DNA of 64,000 bases from the NCBI GenBank assembly GCA_964016885.1, contig OZ024744.1:132928001-132992000 (forward strand), read 5' to 3'. This DNA is from Eledone cirrhosa (lineage: Eukaryota). The position numbers and the translations under genes are program-made. Of the stretch, positions 1 to 12,925 are shown one piece after another (within the stretch, counting starts at the first letter, position 1; each line of letters begins with the position of its first letter). A model generated the notes under the pieces. That model had not been told where the DNA came from and did no database searches. It saw nothing but the letters and a program-made list of their open reading frames with translations.

Positions 1-1269
1 TTAACTTAACCCCAACTTAACTTAACCCCAACTTAACTTAAACCTAACTTAACTTAACCCCAACTTAACCCCAACTTAACTTGACCCCAACTTAACTTAA
101 CCCCAACTTAACTCAACCCCAACTTAACTTAACCCCAACTTAACTCAGCCCCAACTTAACTCAGCCCCAACTTAACTTAGCCACAACTTAACTTAACACC
201 AACTTAACTTAACCCCAACTTAACTTAACCCCAACTTAACTTAACCCCAACTTAACTTATCCCCAACTTAACTGAACCCCAACTTAACTTAACCCCAACT
301 TAATATAACCCCAACTTAACTTAACCCCAACTTAACTCAACCGCAACTTAAATTAACCCCATCTTAACTTAACCCCAACTTAACTTAACCCCAACTTAAT
401 TAACCCCAACTTAAATTAACCCCAACTTAACTTAACACCAACTTAACGTAACCCCAACTTAAATAAACCCGAACTTAAATTAATCCCAACTTAACTTAAC
501 CCCAACTTAACTTAACCCCAACTTAACTCAGCGCCAACTTAACTTAGCCACAACTTAACTTAACACCAACTTAACTTAACCCCAACTTAACTTAACCCCA
601 ACTTAACTTAACCCCAACTTAACTTATCCCCAACTTAACTGAACCCCAACTTAACTTAACCCCAACTTAATATAACCCCAACTTAACTTAACCCCAACTT
701 AACTCAACCCCAACTTAAATTAACCCCATCTTAACTTAACCCCAACTTAACTTAACCCCAACTTAATTAACCCCAACTTAAATTAACCCCAACTTAACTT
801 AACACCAACTTAACGTAACCCCAACTTAAATAAACCCCAACTTAAATTAACCCCAACTTAACTTAACCCCAACTTAACTTAACCCCGACTTAACTTAACC
901 CCAACTTAACTTAAGCCCAACTTAACTTAACCCCAACTTAACTTAACCACAAATTAACTTAACCCCAACTTAACTTAACCCCAACTTAACTTAACCCCAA
1001 CTTAACTTAACCCCAACTTAACTTAAACCTAACTTAACTTAACCCCAACTTAACCCCAACTTAACTTGACCCCAACTTAACTTAACCCCAACTTAAATTA
1101 ACCCCAACTTAACTTAACCCCAACTTAACTTAACCCCGACTTAACTTAACCCCAACTTAACTTAACCCCAACTTAACTTAACCCCAACTTAACTTAACCA
1201 CAAATTAACTTAACCCCAACTTAACTTAACCCCAACTTAATTTAACCCCAACTTAACTTAACCCCAACT

Positions 1270-4200
1270 TAACTTAACCCCAACTTAACTTAAACCTAAC
1301 TTAACTTAACCCCAACTTAACCCCAACTTAACTTGACCCCAACTTAACTTAACCCCAACTTAACTCAGCCCCAACTTAACTCAGCCCCAACTTAAATTAG
1401 CCCCAACTTAACTTAACACCAACTTAACTTAACCCCAACTTAACTTAACTCCAACTTAACTTAACCCCAACTTAACTTATCCCCAACTTAACTGAACCCC
1501 AACTTAACTTAACCCCAACTTAATATAACCCCAACTTAACTTAACCCCAACTTAACTCAACCCCAACTTAAATTAACCCCAACTTAAATTAACCCCAACT
1601 TAACTTAACCCCAACTTAATTAACCCCAACTTAAATTAACCCCAACTTAACTTAACACCAATTTAACGTAACCCCAACTTAAATAAACCCCAACTTAAAT
1701 TAACCCCAACTTAACTTAAGCCCAACTTAACTTAACCCCAACTTAACTCAGCCCCAACTTAACTTAGCTCCAACTTAACTTAACCCCAACTTAACTTAAC
1801 CCCAACTTAACTTAACCCCAACTTAACTTATCCCCAACTTAACTTATCCCCAACTTAACTTAAACCCAACTTAACTTAACCCCAACTTAAATTATCCCCA
1901 ACTTAACTTATCCCCAACTTAACTTATCCCCAACTTAACTTAACCCCAACTTAACTTAACCCCAACTTAACTTAACCCCAACTTAATTTAACCCCAACTT
2001 AACTTAACCCCGACTTAACTTAACCCCAACTTAACTTAACCCCAACTTAAATTAACCCCAACTTAACTTAACCACAAATTAACTTAACCCCAACTTAACT
2101 TAACCCCAACTTAACTTAACCCCAACTTAACTTAACCCCAACTTAACTTAACCCCAACTTAATTTAAACCTAACTTAACTTAACCCCAACTTAACCCCAA
2201 CTTAACTTGACCCCAACTTAACTTAACCCCAACTTAACTCAACCCCAACTTAACTTAACCCCAACTTAACTCAGCCCCAACTTACCTCAGCCCCAACTTA
2301 ACTTAGCCCCAACTTAACTTAACACCAACTTAACTTAACCCCAACTTAACTTAACCCCAACTTAACTTAACCCCAACTTAACTTATCCCCAACTTAACTG
2401 AACTCCAACTTAACTCAACCCCAACTTAAACTAACCCCAACTTAACTTAACCCCAACTTAACTTAACCCCAACTTAATTAACCCCAACTTAAATTAACCC
2501 CAACTTAACTTAACACCAACTTAACGTAACCCCAACTTAATTTAACCCCAACTTAAATTAACCCCAACTTAACTTGCCCCCAACTTAACTTACCCCCAAC
2601 TTAACTTCACCCCACCTTAATTTAACCCCAACTTAATTTAACCCCTACTTAACTTAAACCCAACTTAACTTAACCCCAACTTAACTTAACCCCAACTTAA
2701 CTTAACCCCAACTTAACTTAACCACAAATTAACTTAGCCCCAACTTAAATTAACCCCAACTTAACTCAACCACAACTTAACTTAACCCCGACTTAACTTA
2801 ACCCCACCTTAACTTAACCTCAACTTAACTTAACTGCAACTTAACTTAACCCCAACTTAACTTAACCCCAACTTAACTCAACACCAACTTAACTCAACCC
2901 CAACTTAACTCAACGCCAATTTAACTCAACCCCAACTTAACTCAACCCCAACTTAACTTAACCCCAACTTAACTGAACCCTAACTTAACTTAACCCCGAC
3001 TTAAATTAACCCCGACTTAACTTAACCCCAACTTAACTTAACCCCAACTTAACTTAACCCCAACTTAACTTAACCCCAACTTAACTTAACCCCAACTTAA
3101 ATTAACCCCAACTTAACTTAAACTCAACTTAACTAACCAACTTAACTTAACCCCAACTTAACTTAAACCCAACTTAACTTAACCCCAACTTAACTTAGCC
3201 CCAACTTAACTTAACCCCAACTTAACTTAACCCCAAATTAAATTAACCTCAACTTAACTTAACCCCAACTTAACTTAACCCCGACTTAACTTAACCCCAA
3301 CTTAACTTAACCCCAACTTAACTTAGCCCCAACTTAACTTAGCCCCAACTTAACTTAGCCCCAACTTAACTTAACCCCAACTTAACTTAACCGCACCTTA
3401 ACTTAACCTCAACTTAACTTAACTGCAACTTAACTTAACCCCAACTTAACTTAACCCCAACTTAACTCAAAACCAACTTAACTCAACCCCAACTTAACTC
3501 AACCCCAATTTAACTCAACCCCAACTTAACTCAACCCCAACTTAACTTAACCCCAACTTAACTGAACCCTAACTTAACATAACCCCGACTTAACTTAACC
3601 CCGACTTAACTTAACCCCAACTTAACTTAACCCCAACTTAACTTAACCCCAACTTAACTTAACCCCAACTTAATTTAACCCCTTCTTAACCCCAACTTAT
3701 CTTAACCCCAACTTAACTGAACCCCAACTTAATTTAACCCCAACTTAAATAAACCCCAACTTAACTTAACCCCAACTTAACTTAACCCCAGCTTAACTTA
3801 ACCCCAACTTAACTCAGCCCCAACTTAACTTAGCCCCAACTTAACTTAATCCCAACTTAACTTAACCCCAACTTAACTTAACCCCAACTTAACTTAACCC
3901 CAACTTAACTTAACCCCAACTTAACTTAAACCCAACTTAACTTAACCCCAACTTAAATTATCCCCAACTTAACTTATCCTCAACTTAACTTAACCCCAAC
4001 TTAACTTAACCCCAACTTAACTTAACCCCAACTTAATTTAACCCCAACTTAACTTAACCTCAACTTAACTTAACCCCAACTTAACTTAACCCCATCTTAA
4101 CTTAACCCCAACTTAACTTAACACCAACTTAACTTAACCCCAACTTAAATTAACCCCAACTTAACTTAACCCCAACTTAACTTAACCCCGACTTAACTTA

Positions 4201-7200
4201 ACCCCAACTTAACTTAACCCCAACTTAACTTAACCCCAACTTAACTTAACCACAAATTAACTTAACCCCAACTTAACTTAACCCCAACTTAACTTAACCC
4301 CAACTTAACTTAACCCCAACTTAACTTAACCCCGACTTAACTTAACCCTAACTTAACTTAACCCCAACTTAACCCCGACTTAACTTGACCCCAACTTAAC
4401 TTAACCCCAACTTAACTCAACCCCAACTTAACTTAACCCCAACTTAACTCAGCCCCAACTTAACTCAGCCCCAACTTAACTTAGCCACAACTTAACTTAA
4501 CACCAACTTAACTTAACCCCAACTTAACTTAACCCCAACTTAACTCAATCCCAACTTAAATTAACCCCATCTTAACTTAACCCCAACTTAACTTAACCCC
4601 AACTTAATTAACCCCAACTTAAATTAACCCCAACTTAACTTAACACCAACTTAACGTAACCCCAACTTAAATAAACCCCAACTTAAATTAACCCCAACTT
4701 AACTTAACCCCAACTTAACTTAACCCCAACTTAACTCAGCCCCAACTTAACTTAGCCTCAACTTAACTTAACCCCAACTTAACTTAACCCCAACTTAACT
4801 TATCCCCAACTTAACTTAACCCCAACTTAACTTAAACCCAACTTTACTTAACCCCAACTTAAATTATCCCCAACTTAACTTATCCCCAACTTAACTTAAC
4901 CCCAACTTAACTTAACCCCAACTTAACTTAACCCCAACTTAATTTAACCCCAACTTAACTTAACCCCAACTTAACTTAACCCCAACTTAACTTAACCACA
5001 AATTAACTTAACCCCAACTTAACTTAACCCCAACTTAACTTAACCCCAACTTAACTTAACCCCAACTTAACTTAACCCCAACTTAACTTAAACCTAACTT
5101 AACTTAACCCCAACTTAACCCCAACTTAACTTGACCCCAACTTAACTTAACCCCAACTTAACTCAACCCCAACTTAACTTAACCCCAACTTAACTCAGCC
5201 CCAACTTAACTCAGCCCCAACTTAACTTAGCCCCAACTTAACTTAACCCCAACTTAACTTATCCCCAACTTAACTGAACCCCAACTTAACTTAACCCCAA
5301 CTTAATATAACCCCAACTTAACTTAACCCCAACTTAACTCAACCGCAACTTAAATTAACCCCATCTTAACTTAACCCCAACTTAACTTAACCCCAACTTA
5401 ATTAACCCCAACTTAAATTAACCCCAACTTAACTTAACACCAACTTAACGTAACCCCAACTTAAATAAACCCCAACTTAAATTAATCCCAACTTAACTTA
5501 ACCCCAACTTAACTTAACCCCAACTTAACTCAGCGCCAACTTACCTTAGCCACAACTTAACTTAACACCAACTTAACTTAACCCCAACTTAACTTAACCC
5601 CAACTTAACTTAACCCCAACTTAACTTATCCCCAACTTAACTGAACCCCAACTTAACTTAACGCCAACTTAATATAACCCCAACTTAACTTAACCCCAAC
5701 TTAACTCAACCCCAACTTAAATTAACCCCATCTTAACTTAACCCCAACTTAACTTAACCCCAACTTAACTTAACCCCAACTTAACTTAAACCTAACTTAA
5801 CTTAACCCCAACTTAACCCCAACTTAACTTGACCCCAACTTAACTTAACCCCAACTTAACTCAGCCCCAACTTAACTCAGCCCCAACTTAAATTAGCCCC
5901 AACTTAACTTAACACCAACTTAACTTAACCCCAACTTAACTTAACTCCAACTTAACTTAACCCCAACTTAACTTATCCCCAACTTAACTGAACCCCAACT
6001 TAACTTAACCCCAACTTAATATAACCCCAACTTAACTTAACCCCAACTTAACTCAACCCCAACTTAAATTAACCCCAACTTAAATTAACCCCAACTTAAC
6101 TTAACCCCAACTTAATTAACCCCAACTTAAATTAACCCCAACTTAACTTAACACCAATTTAACGTAACCCCAACTTAAATAAACCCCAACTTAAATTAAC
6201 CCCAACTTAACTTAACCCCAACTTAACTTAACCCCAACTTAACTCAGCCCCAACTTAACTTAGCTCCAACTTAACTTAACCCCAACTTAACTTAACCCCA
6301 ACTTAACTTAACCCCAACTTAACTTATCCCCAACTTAACTTATCCCCAACTTAACTTAAACCCAACTTAACTTAACCCCAACTTAAATTATCCCCAACTT
6401 AACTTATCCCCAACTTAACTTATCCCCAACTTAACTTAACCCCAACTTAACTTAACCCCAACTTAACTTAACCCCAACTTAATTTAACCCCAACTTAACT
6501 TAACCCCGACTTAACTTAACCCCAACTTAACTTAACCCCAACTTAAATTAACCCCAACTTAACTTAACCACAAATTAACTTAACCCCAACTTAACTTAAC
6601 CCCAACTTAACTTAACCCCAACTTAACTTAACCCCAACTTAACTTAACCCCAACTTAATTTAAACCTAACTTAACTTAACCCCAACTTAACCCCAACTTA
6701 ACTTGACCCCAACTTAACTTAACCCCAACTTAACTCAACCCCAACTTAACTTAACCCCAACTTAACTCAGCCCCAACTTACCTCAGCCCCAACTTAACTT
6801 AGCCCCAACTTAACTTAACACCAACTTAACTTAACCCCAACTTAACTTAACCCCAACTTAACTTAACCCCAACTTAACTTATCCCCAACTTAACTGAACT
6901 CCAACTTAACTCAACCCCAACTTAAACTAACCCCAACTTAACTTAACCCCAACTTAACTTAACCCCAACTTAATTAACCCCAACTTAAATTAACCCCAAC
7001 TTAACTTAACACCAACTTAACGTAACCCCAACTTAATTTAACCCCAACTTAAATTAACCCCAACTTAACTTGCCCCCAACTTAACTTACCCCCAACTTAA
7101 CTTCACCCCACCTTAATTTAACCCCAACTTAATTTAACCCCTACTTAACTTAAACCCAACTTAACTTAACCCCAACTTAACTTAACCCCAAATTAACTCA

Positions 7201-10200
7201 ACCCCAACTTAACTCAACCCCAACTTAACTTAACCCCAACTTAACTTAACCCCAACTTAACTTAACCACAAATTAACTTAGCCCCAACTTAAATTAACCC
7301 CAACTTAACTCAACCACAACTTAACTTAACCCCGACTTAACTTAACCCCACCTTAACTTAACCTCAACTTAACTTAACTGCAACTTAACTTAACCCCAAC
7401 TTAACTTAACCCCAACTTAACTCAACACCAACTTAACTCAACCCCAACTTAACTCAACGCCAATTTAACTCAACCCCAACTTAACTCAACCCCAACTTAA
7501 CTTAACCCCAACTTAACTGAACCCTAACTTAACTTAACCCCGACATAAATTAACCCCGACTTAACTTAACCCCAACTTAACTTAACCCCAACTTAACTTA
7601 ACCCCAACTTAACTTAACCCCAACTTAACTTAACCCCAACTTAAATTAACCCCAACTTAACTTAAACTCAACTTAACTAACCAACTTAACTTAACCCCAA
7701 CTTAACTTAAACCCAACTTAACTTAACCCCAACTTAACTTAGCCCCAACTTAACTTAACCCCAACTTAACTTAACCCCAAATTAAATTAACCTCAACTTA
7801 ACTTAACCCCAACTTAACTTAACCCCGACTTAACTTAACCCCAACTTAACTTAACCCCAACTTAACTTAGCCCCAACTTAACTTAGCCCCAACTTAACTT
7901 AGCCCCAACTTAACTTAACCCCAACTTAACTTAACCGCACCTTAACTTAACCTCAACTTAACTTAACTGCAACTTAACTTAACCCCAACTTAACTTAACC
8001 CCAACTTAACTCAAAACCAACTTAACTCAACCCCAACTTAACTCAACCCCAATTTAACTCAACCCCAACTTAACTCAACCCCAACTTAACTTAACCCCAA
8101 CTTAACTGAACCCTAACTTAACATAACCCCGACTTAACTTAACCCCGACTTAACTTAACCCCAACTTAACTTAACCCCAACTTAACTTAACCCCAACTTA
8201 AATAAACCCCAACTTAACTTAACCCCAACTTAACTTAACCCCAGCTTAACTTAACCCCAACTTAACTTAACCCCAACTTAACTGAACCCCAACTTAATTT
8301 AACCCCAACTTAAATAAACCCCAACTTAACTTAACCCCAACTTAACTTAACCCCAGCTTAACTTAACCCCAACTTAACTCAGCCCCAACTTAACTTAGCC
8401 CCAACTTAACTTAACCCCAACTTAACTTAACCCCAACTTAACTTAACCCCAACTTAACTTAACCCCAACTTAACTTAACCCCAACTTAACTTAAACCCAA
8501 CTTAACTTAACCCCAACTTAAATTATCCCCAACTTAACTTATCCTCAACTTAACTTAACCCCAACTTAACTTAACCCCAACTTAACTTAACCCCAACTTA
8601 ATTTAACCCCAACTTAACTTAACCTCAACTTAACTTAACCCCAACTTAACTTAACCCCATCTTAACTTAACCCCAACTTAACTTAACACCAACTTAACTT
8701 AACCCCAACTTAAATTAACCCCAACTTAACTTAACCCCAACTTAACTTAACCCCGACTTAACTTAACCCCAACTTAACTTAACCCCAACTTAACTTAACC
8801 CCAACTTAACTTAACCACAAATTAACTTAACCCCAACTTAACTTAACCCCAACTTAACTTAACCCCAACTTAACTTAACCCCAACTTAACTTAACCCCGA
8901 CTTAACTTAACCCTAACTTAACTTAACCCCAACTTAACCCCGACTTAACTTGACCCCAACTTAACTTAACCCCAACTTAACTCAACCCCAACTTAACTTA
9001 ACCCCAACTTAACTCAGCCCCAACTTAACTCAGCCCCAACTTAACTTAGCCACAACTTAACTTAACACCAACTTAACTTAACCCCAACTTAACTTAACCC
9101 CAACTTAACTCAATCCCAACTTAAATTAACCCCATCTTAACTTAACCCCAACTTAACTTAACCCCAACTTAATTAACCCCAACTTAAATTAACCCCAACT
9201 TAACTTAACACCAACTTAACGTAACCCCAACTTAAATAAACCCCAACTTAAATTAACCCCAACTTAACTTAACCCCAACTTAACTTAACCCCAACTTAAC
9301 TCAGCCCCAACTTAACTTAGCCTCAACTTAACTTAACCCCAACTTAACTTAACCCCAACTTAACTTATCCCCAACTTAACTTAACCCCAACTTAACTTAA
9401 ACCCAACTTTACTTAACCCCAACTTAAATTATCCCCAACTTAACTTATCCCCAACTTAACTTAACCCCAACTTAACTTAACCCCAACTTAACTTAACCCC
9501 AACTTAATTTAACCCCAACTTAACTTAACCCCAACTTAACTTAACCCCAACTTAACTTAACCACAAATTAACTTAACCCCAACTTAACTTAACCCCAACT
9601 TAACTTAACCCCAACTTAACTTAACCCCAACTTAACTTAACCCCAACTTAACTTAAACCTAACTTAACTTAACCCCAACTTAACCCCAACTTAACTTGAC
9701 CCCAACTTAACTTAACCCCAACTTAACTCAACCCCAACTTAACTTAACCCCAACTTAACTCAGCCCCAACTTAACTCAGCCCCAACTTAACTTAGCCCCA
9801 ACTTAACTTAACCCCAACTTAACTTATCCCCAACTTAACTGAACCCCAACTTAACTTAACCCCAACTTAATATAACCCCAACTTAACTTAACCCCAACTT
9901 AACTCAACCGCAACTTAAATTAACCCCATCTTAACTTAACCCCAACTTAACTTAACCCCAACTTAATTAACCCCAACTTAAATTAACCCCAACTTAACTT
10001 AACACCAACTTAACGTAACCCCAACTTAAATAAACCCCAACTTAAATTAATCCCAACTTAACTTAACCCCAACTTAACTTAACCCCAACTTAACTCAGCG
10101 CCAACTTAACTTAGCCACAACTTAACTTAACACCAACTTAACTTAACCCCAACTTAACTTAACCCCAACTTAACTTAACCCCAACTTAACTTATCCCCAA

Positions 10201-10330
10201 CTTAACTGAACCCCAACTTAACTTAACCCCAACTTAATATAACCCCAACTTAACTTAACCCCAACTTAACTCAACCCCAACTTAAATTAACCCCATCTTA
10301 ACTTAACCCCAACTTAACTTAACCCCAACT
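1270..10330 (+). repeat. ~4.5-kb higher-order tandem duplication (about 1270-5760 and 5760-10330)
   Basis: Rare variants recur at offsets of 4496 (aactcc 1450/5946; ttacctcag 2285/6781; cccctac 2645/7141), 4544 (aacata 3578/8122) and 4565 (actttac 4843/9408; cagcgcc 5535/10100). Confidence 0.85.
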
Positions 10331-12725
10331 TAATTAACCCCAACTTAAATTAACCCCAACTTAACTTAACACCAACTTAACGTAACCCCAACTTAAATAA
10401 ACCCCAACTTAAATTAACCCCAACTTAACTTAACCCCAACTTAACTTAACCCCGACTTAACTTAACCCCAACTTAACTTAAGCCCAACTTAACTTAACCC
10501 CAACTTAACTTAACCACAAATTAACTTAACCCCAACTTAACTTAACCCCAACTTAACTTAACCCCAACTTAACTTAACCCCAACTTAACTTAAACCTAAC
10601 TTAACTTAACCCCAACTTAACCCCAACTTAACTTGACCCCAACTTAACTTAACCCCAACTTAAATTAACCCCAACTTAACTTAAACCCAACTTAACTTAA
10701 CCCCGACTTAACTTAACCCCAACTTAACTTAACCCCAACTTAACTTAACCCCAACTTAACTTAACCACAAATTAACTTAACCCCAACTTAACTTAACCCC
10801 AACTTAATTTAACCCCAACTTAACTTAACCCCAACTTAACTTGACCCCAACTTAACTTAAGCCCAACTTAACTCAGCCCCAACTTAACTCAGCCCCAACT
10901 TAAATTAGCCCCAACTTAACTGAACCCCAACTTAACTTAACCCCAACTTAATATAACCCCAACTTAACTTAACCCCAACTTAACTCAACCCCAACTTAAA
11001 TTAACCCCAACTTAAATTAACCCCAACTTAACTTAACCCCAACTTAATTAACCCCAACTTAAATTAACCCCAACTTAACTTAACACCAATTTAACGTAAC
11101 CCCAACTTAAATAAACCCCAACTTAAATTAACCCCAACTTAACTTAACCCCAACTTAACTTAACCCCAACTTAACTCAGCCCCAACTTAACTTAGCCCCA
11201 ACTTAACTTAACCCCAACTTAACTTAACCCCAACTTAACTTAACCCCAACTTAACTTATCCCCAACTTAACTTATCCCCAACTTAACTTAAACCCAACTT
11301 AACTTAACCCCAACTTAAATTATCCCCAACTTAACTTATCCCCAACTTAACTTAACCCCAACTTAACTTAACCCCAACTTAACTTAACCCCAACTTAATT
11401 TAACCCCAACTTAACTTAACCTCAACTTAACTTAACCCCAACTTAACTTAACCCCAACTTAACTTAACCCCAACTTAACTTAACCCCAACTTAACTTAAC
11501 CCCAACTTAAATTAACCCCAACTTAACTTAACCCCAACTTAACTTAACCCCGACTTAACTTAACCCCAACTTAACTTAACCCCAACTTAACTTAACCCCA
11601 ACTTAACTTAACCACAAATTAACTTAACCCCAACTTAACTTAACCCCAACTTAACTTAACCCCAACGTAACCCCAACTTAACTTGACCCCAACTTAACTT
11701 AACCCCAACTTAACTCAACCCCAACTTAACTTAACCCCAACTTAACTCAGCCCCAACTTAACTCAGCCCCAACTTAACTTAGCCCCAGCTTAACTCAACA
11801 CCAACTTAACTTAACCCCACCTTAACTTAACCCCAACTTAACTTAACCCCAACTTAACTTATCCCCAACTTAACTGAACCCCAACTTAACTTAACCCCAA
11901 CTTAATATAACCCCAAATTAACTTAACCCCAACTTAACTCAACCCCAACTTAAATTAACCCCAACTTAACTTAACCCCAACTTAACTTAACCCCAACTTA
12001 ATTAACCCCAACTTAAATTAACCCCAACTTAACTTAACACCAACTTAACGTAACCCCAACTTAATTTAACCCCAACTTAAATTAACCCCAACTTAACTTG
12101 CCCCCAAATTAACTTACCCCCAACTTAACTTAACCCCAACTTAATTTAACCCCAACTTAATTTAACCCCAACTTAACTTAAACCCAACTTAACTTAACCC
12201 CAACTTAACTTAACCCCAAATTAACTCAACCCCAACTTAACTCAACCCCAACTTAACTTAACCCCAACTTAACTTAACCCCAACTTAACTTAACCACAAA
12301 TTAACTTAGCCCCAACTTAAATTAACCCCAACTTAAATCAACCACAACTTAACTTAACCCCGACTAAACTTAACCCCAACTTAACTTAACCCCAACTTCA
12401 CTCAACCCCAACTTAACTCAACCCCAACTTAACCCCAACTTAACTTAATCCCAACTTAACTTAACCACAAAGTTAACTTAACCCTAATTTAAATTAACCC
12501 CAACTTAACTTAACCCCAACTTAACATAACCACCACTTAATTAACCCCAACTTAACTCAACCCCAACTTAACTTAACCCTAACTTAACTTAACCCCAACT
12601 TAACCGCAACTTAACTTAACCCCACCTTAACTTACCCCCAACTTAACTTACCCCCAACTTAACTGAACCCCAACTTAAGTTAAGCCTAACTTAACTTAAC
12701 GCCAACTTAACTTAACCCCGACTTA

Positions 12726-12898
12726 GGGCTTAAGTTAAGTTGGGGCTAAGTTAAGTTGGGGTTAAGTCAAGTTGGAAGTTGGGGTTGAGTGAAGTTGGGG
12801 TTAAGTTAAGTTGGGGTTGAGTGAAGTTGGGGTTAAGTTAAGTTGGGGTTGAGTTACGTTGGGGTTGAGTGAAGTTGGGGTTAAGTTAAGTTGGGGTT
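12726..12898 (-). repeat. 173-bp inverted segment of the same satellite (copy 1)
   Basis: Abrupt switch to G-rich sequence (gggcttaagttaagttggggctaag...ggggtt). Its reverse complement parses as a 6-bp partial unit, seven 16-mers, a 7-bp truncated unit (AACTTCC) and three 16-mers, totalling 173 bp. Confidence 0.97.
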
Positions 12899-12925
12899 AA
12901 CCCCAACTTAACTTAACCCCAACTT
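12872..12925. other. Perfect spacerless 54-bp palindrome at the right inversion junction (also 20581-20634 and 52177-52230)
   Basis: aagttggggttaagttaagttggggtt|aaccccaacttaacttaaccccaactt, with 27-bp arms and the centre at 12898/12899. Imperfect pairing extends much further because the flank is the same repeat. Confidence 0.93.

Noticed and set aside
302-470. TATA/-10-like (aatataac) and polyadenylation-like (AATAAA, 462-467) motifs
   Set aside because: These are 2-nt variants of the monomer propagated with the cassettes, and there is no gene context.
12723-12728. Canonical TTAGGG telomere hexamer
   Set aside because: It is a single copy formed incidentally by the inversion junction (gactta|gggctt), not a tandem tract.
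12726-12900. Inversion block as a MITE or piggyBac-type insertion at TTAA
   Set aside because: The block consists entirely of reverse-complemented satellite monomers, with no distinct terminal inverted repeats, internal sequence or clean target-site duplication.
12872-12925. Telomere-telomere fusion site or rho-independent terminator
   Set aside because: The G-strand-to-C-strand geometry resembles an end fusion, but the G-rich arm is only 173 bp and is embedded in same-orientation array on both sides, three times. There is no transcription unit or U-tract. A fusion origin is not excluded but is unsupported.
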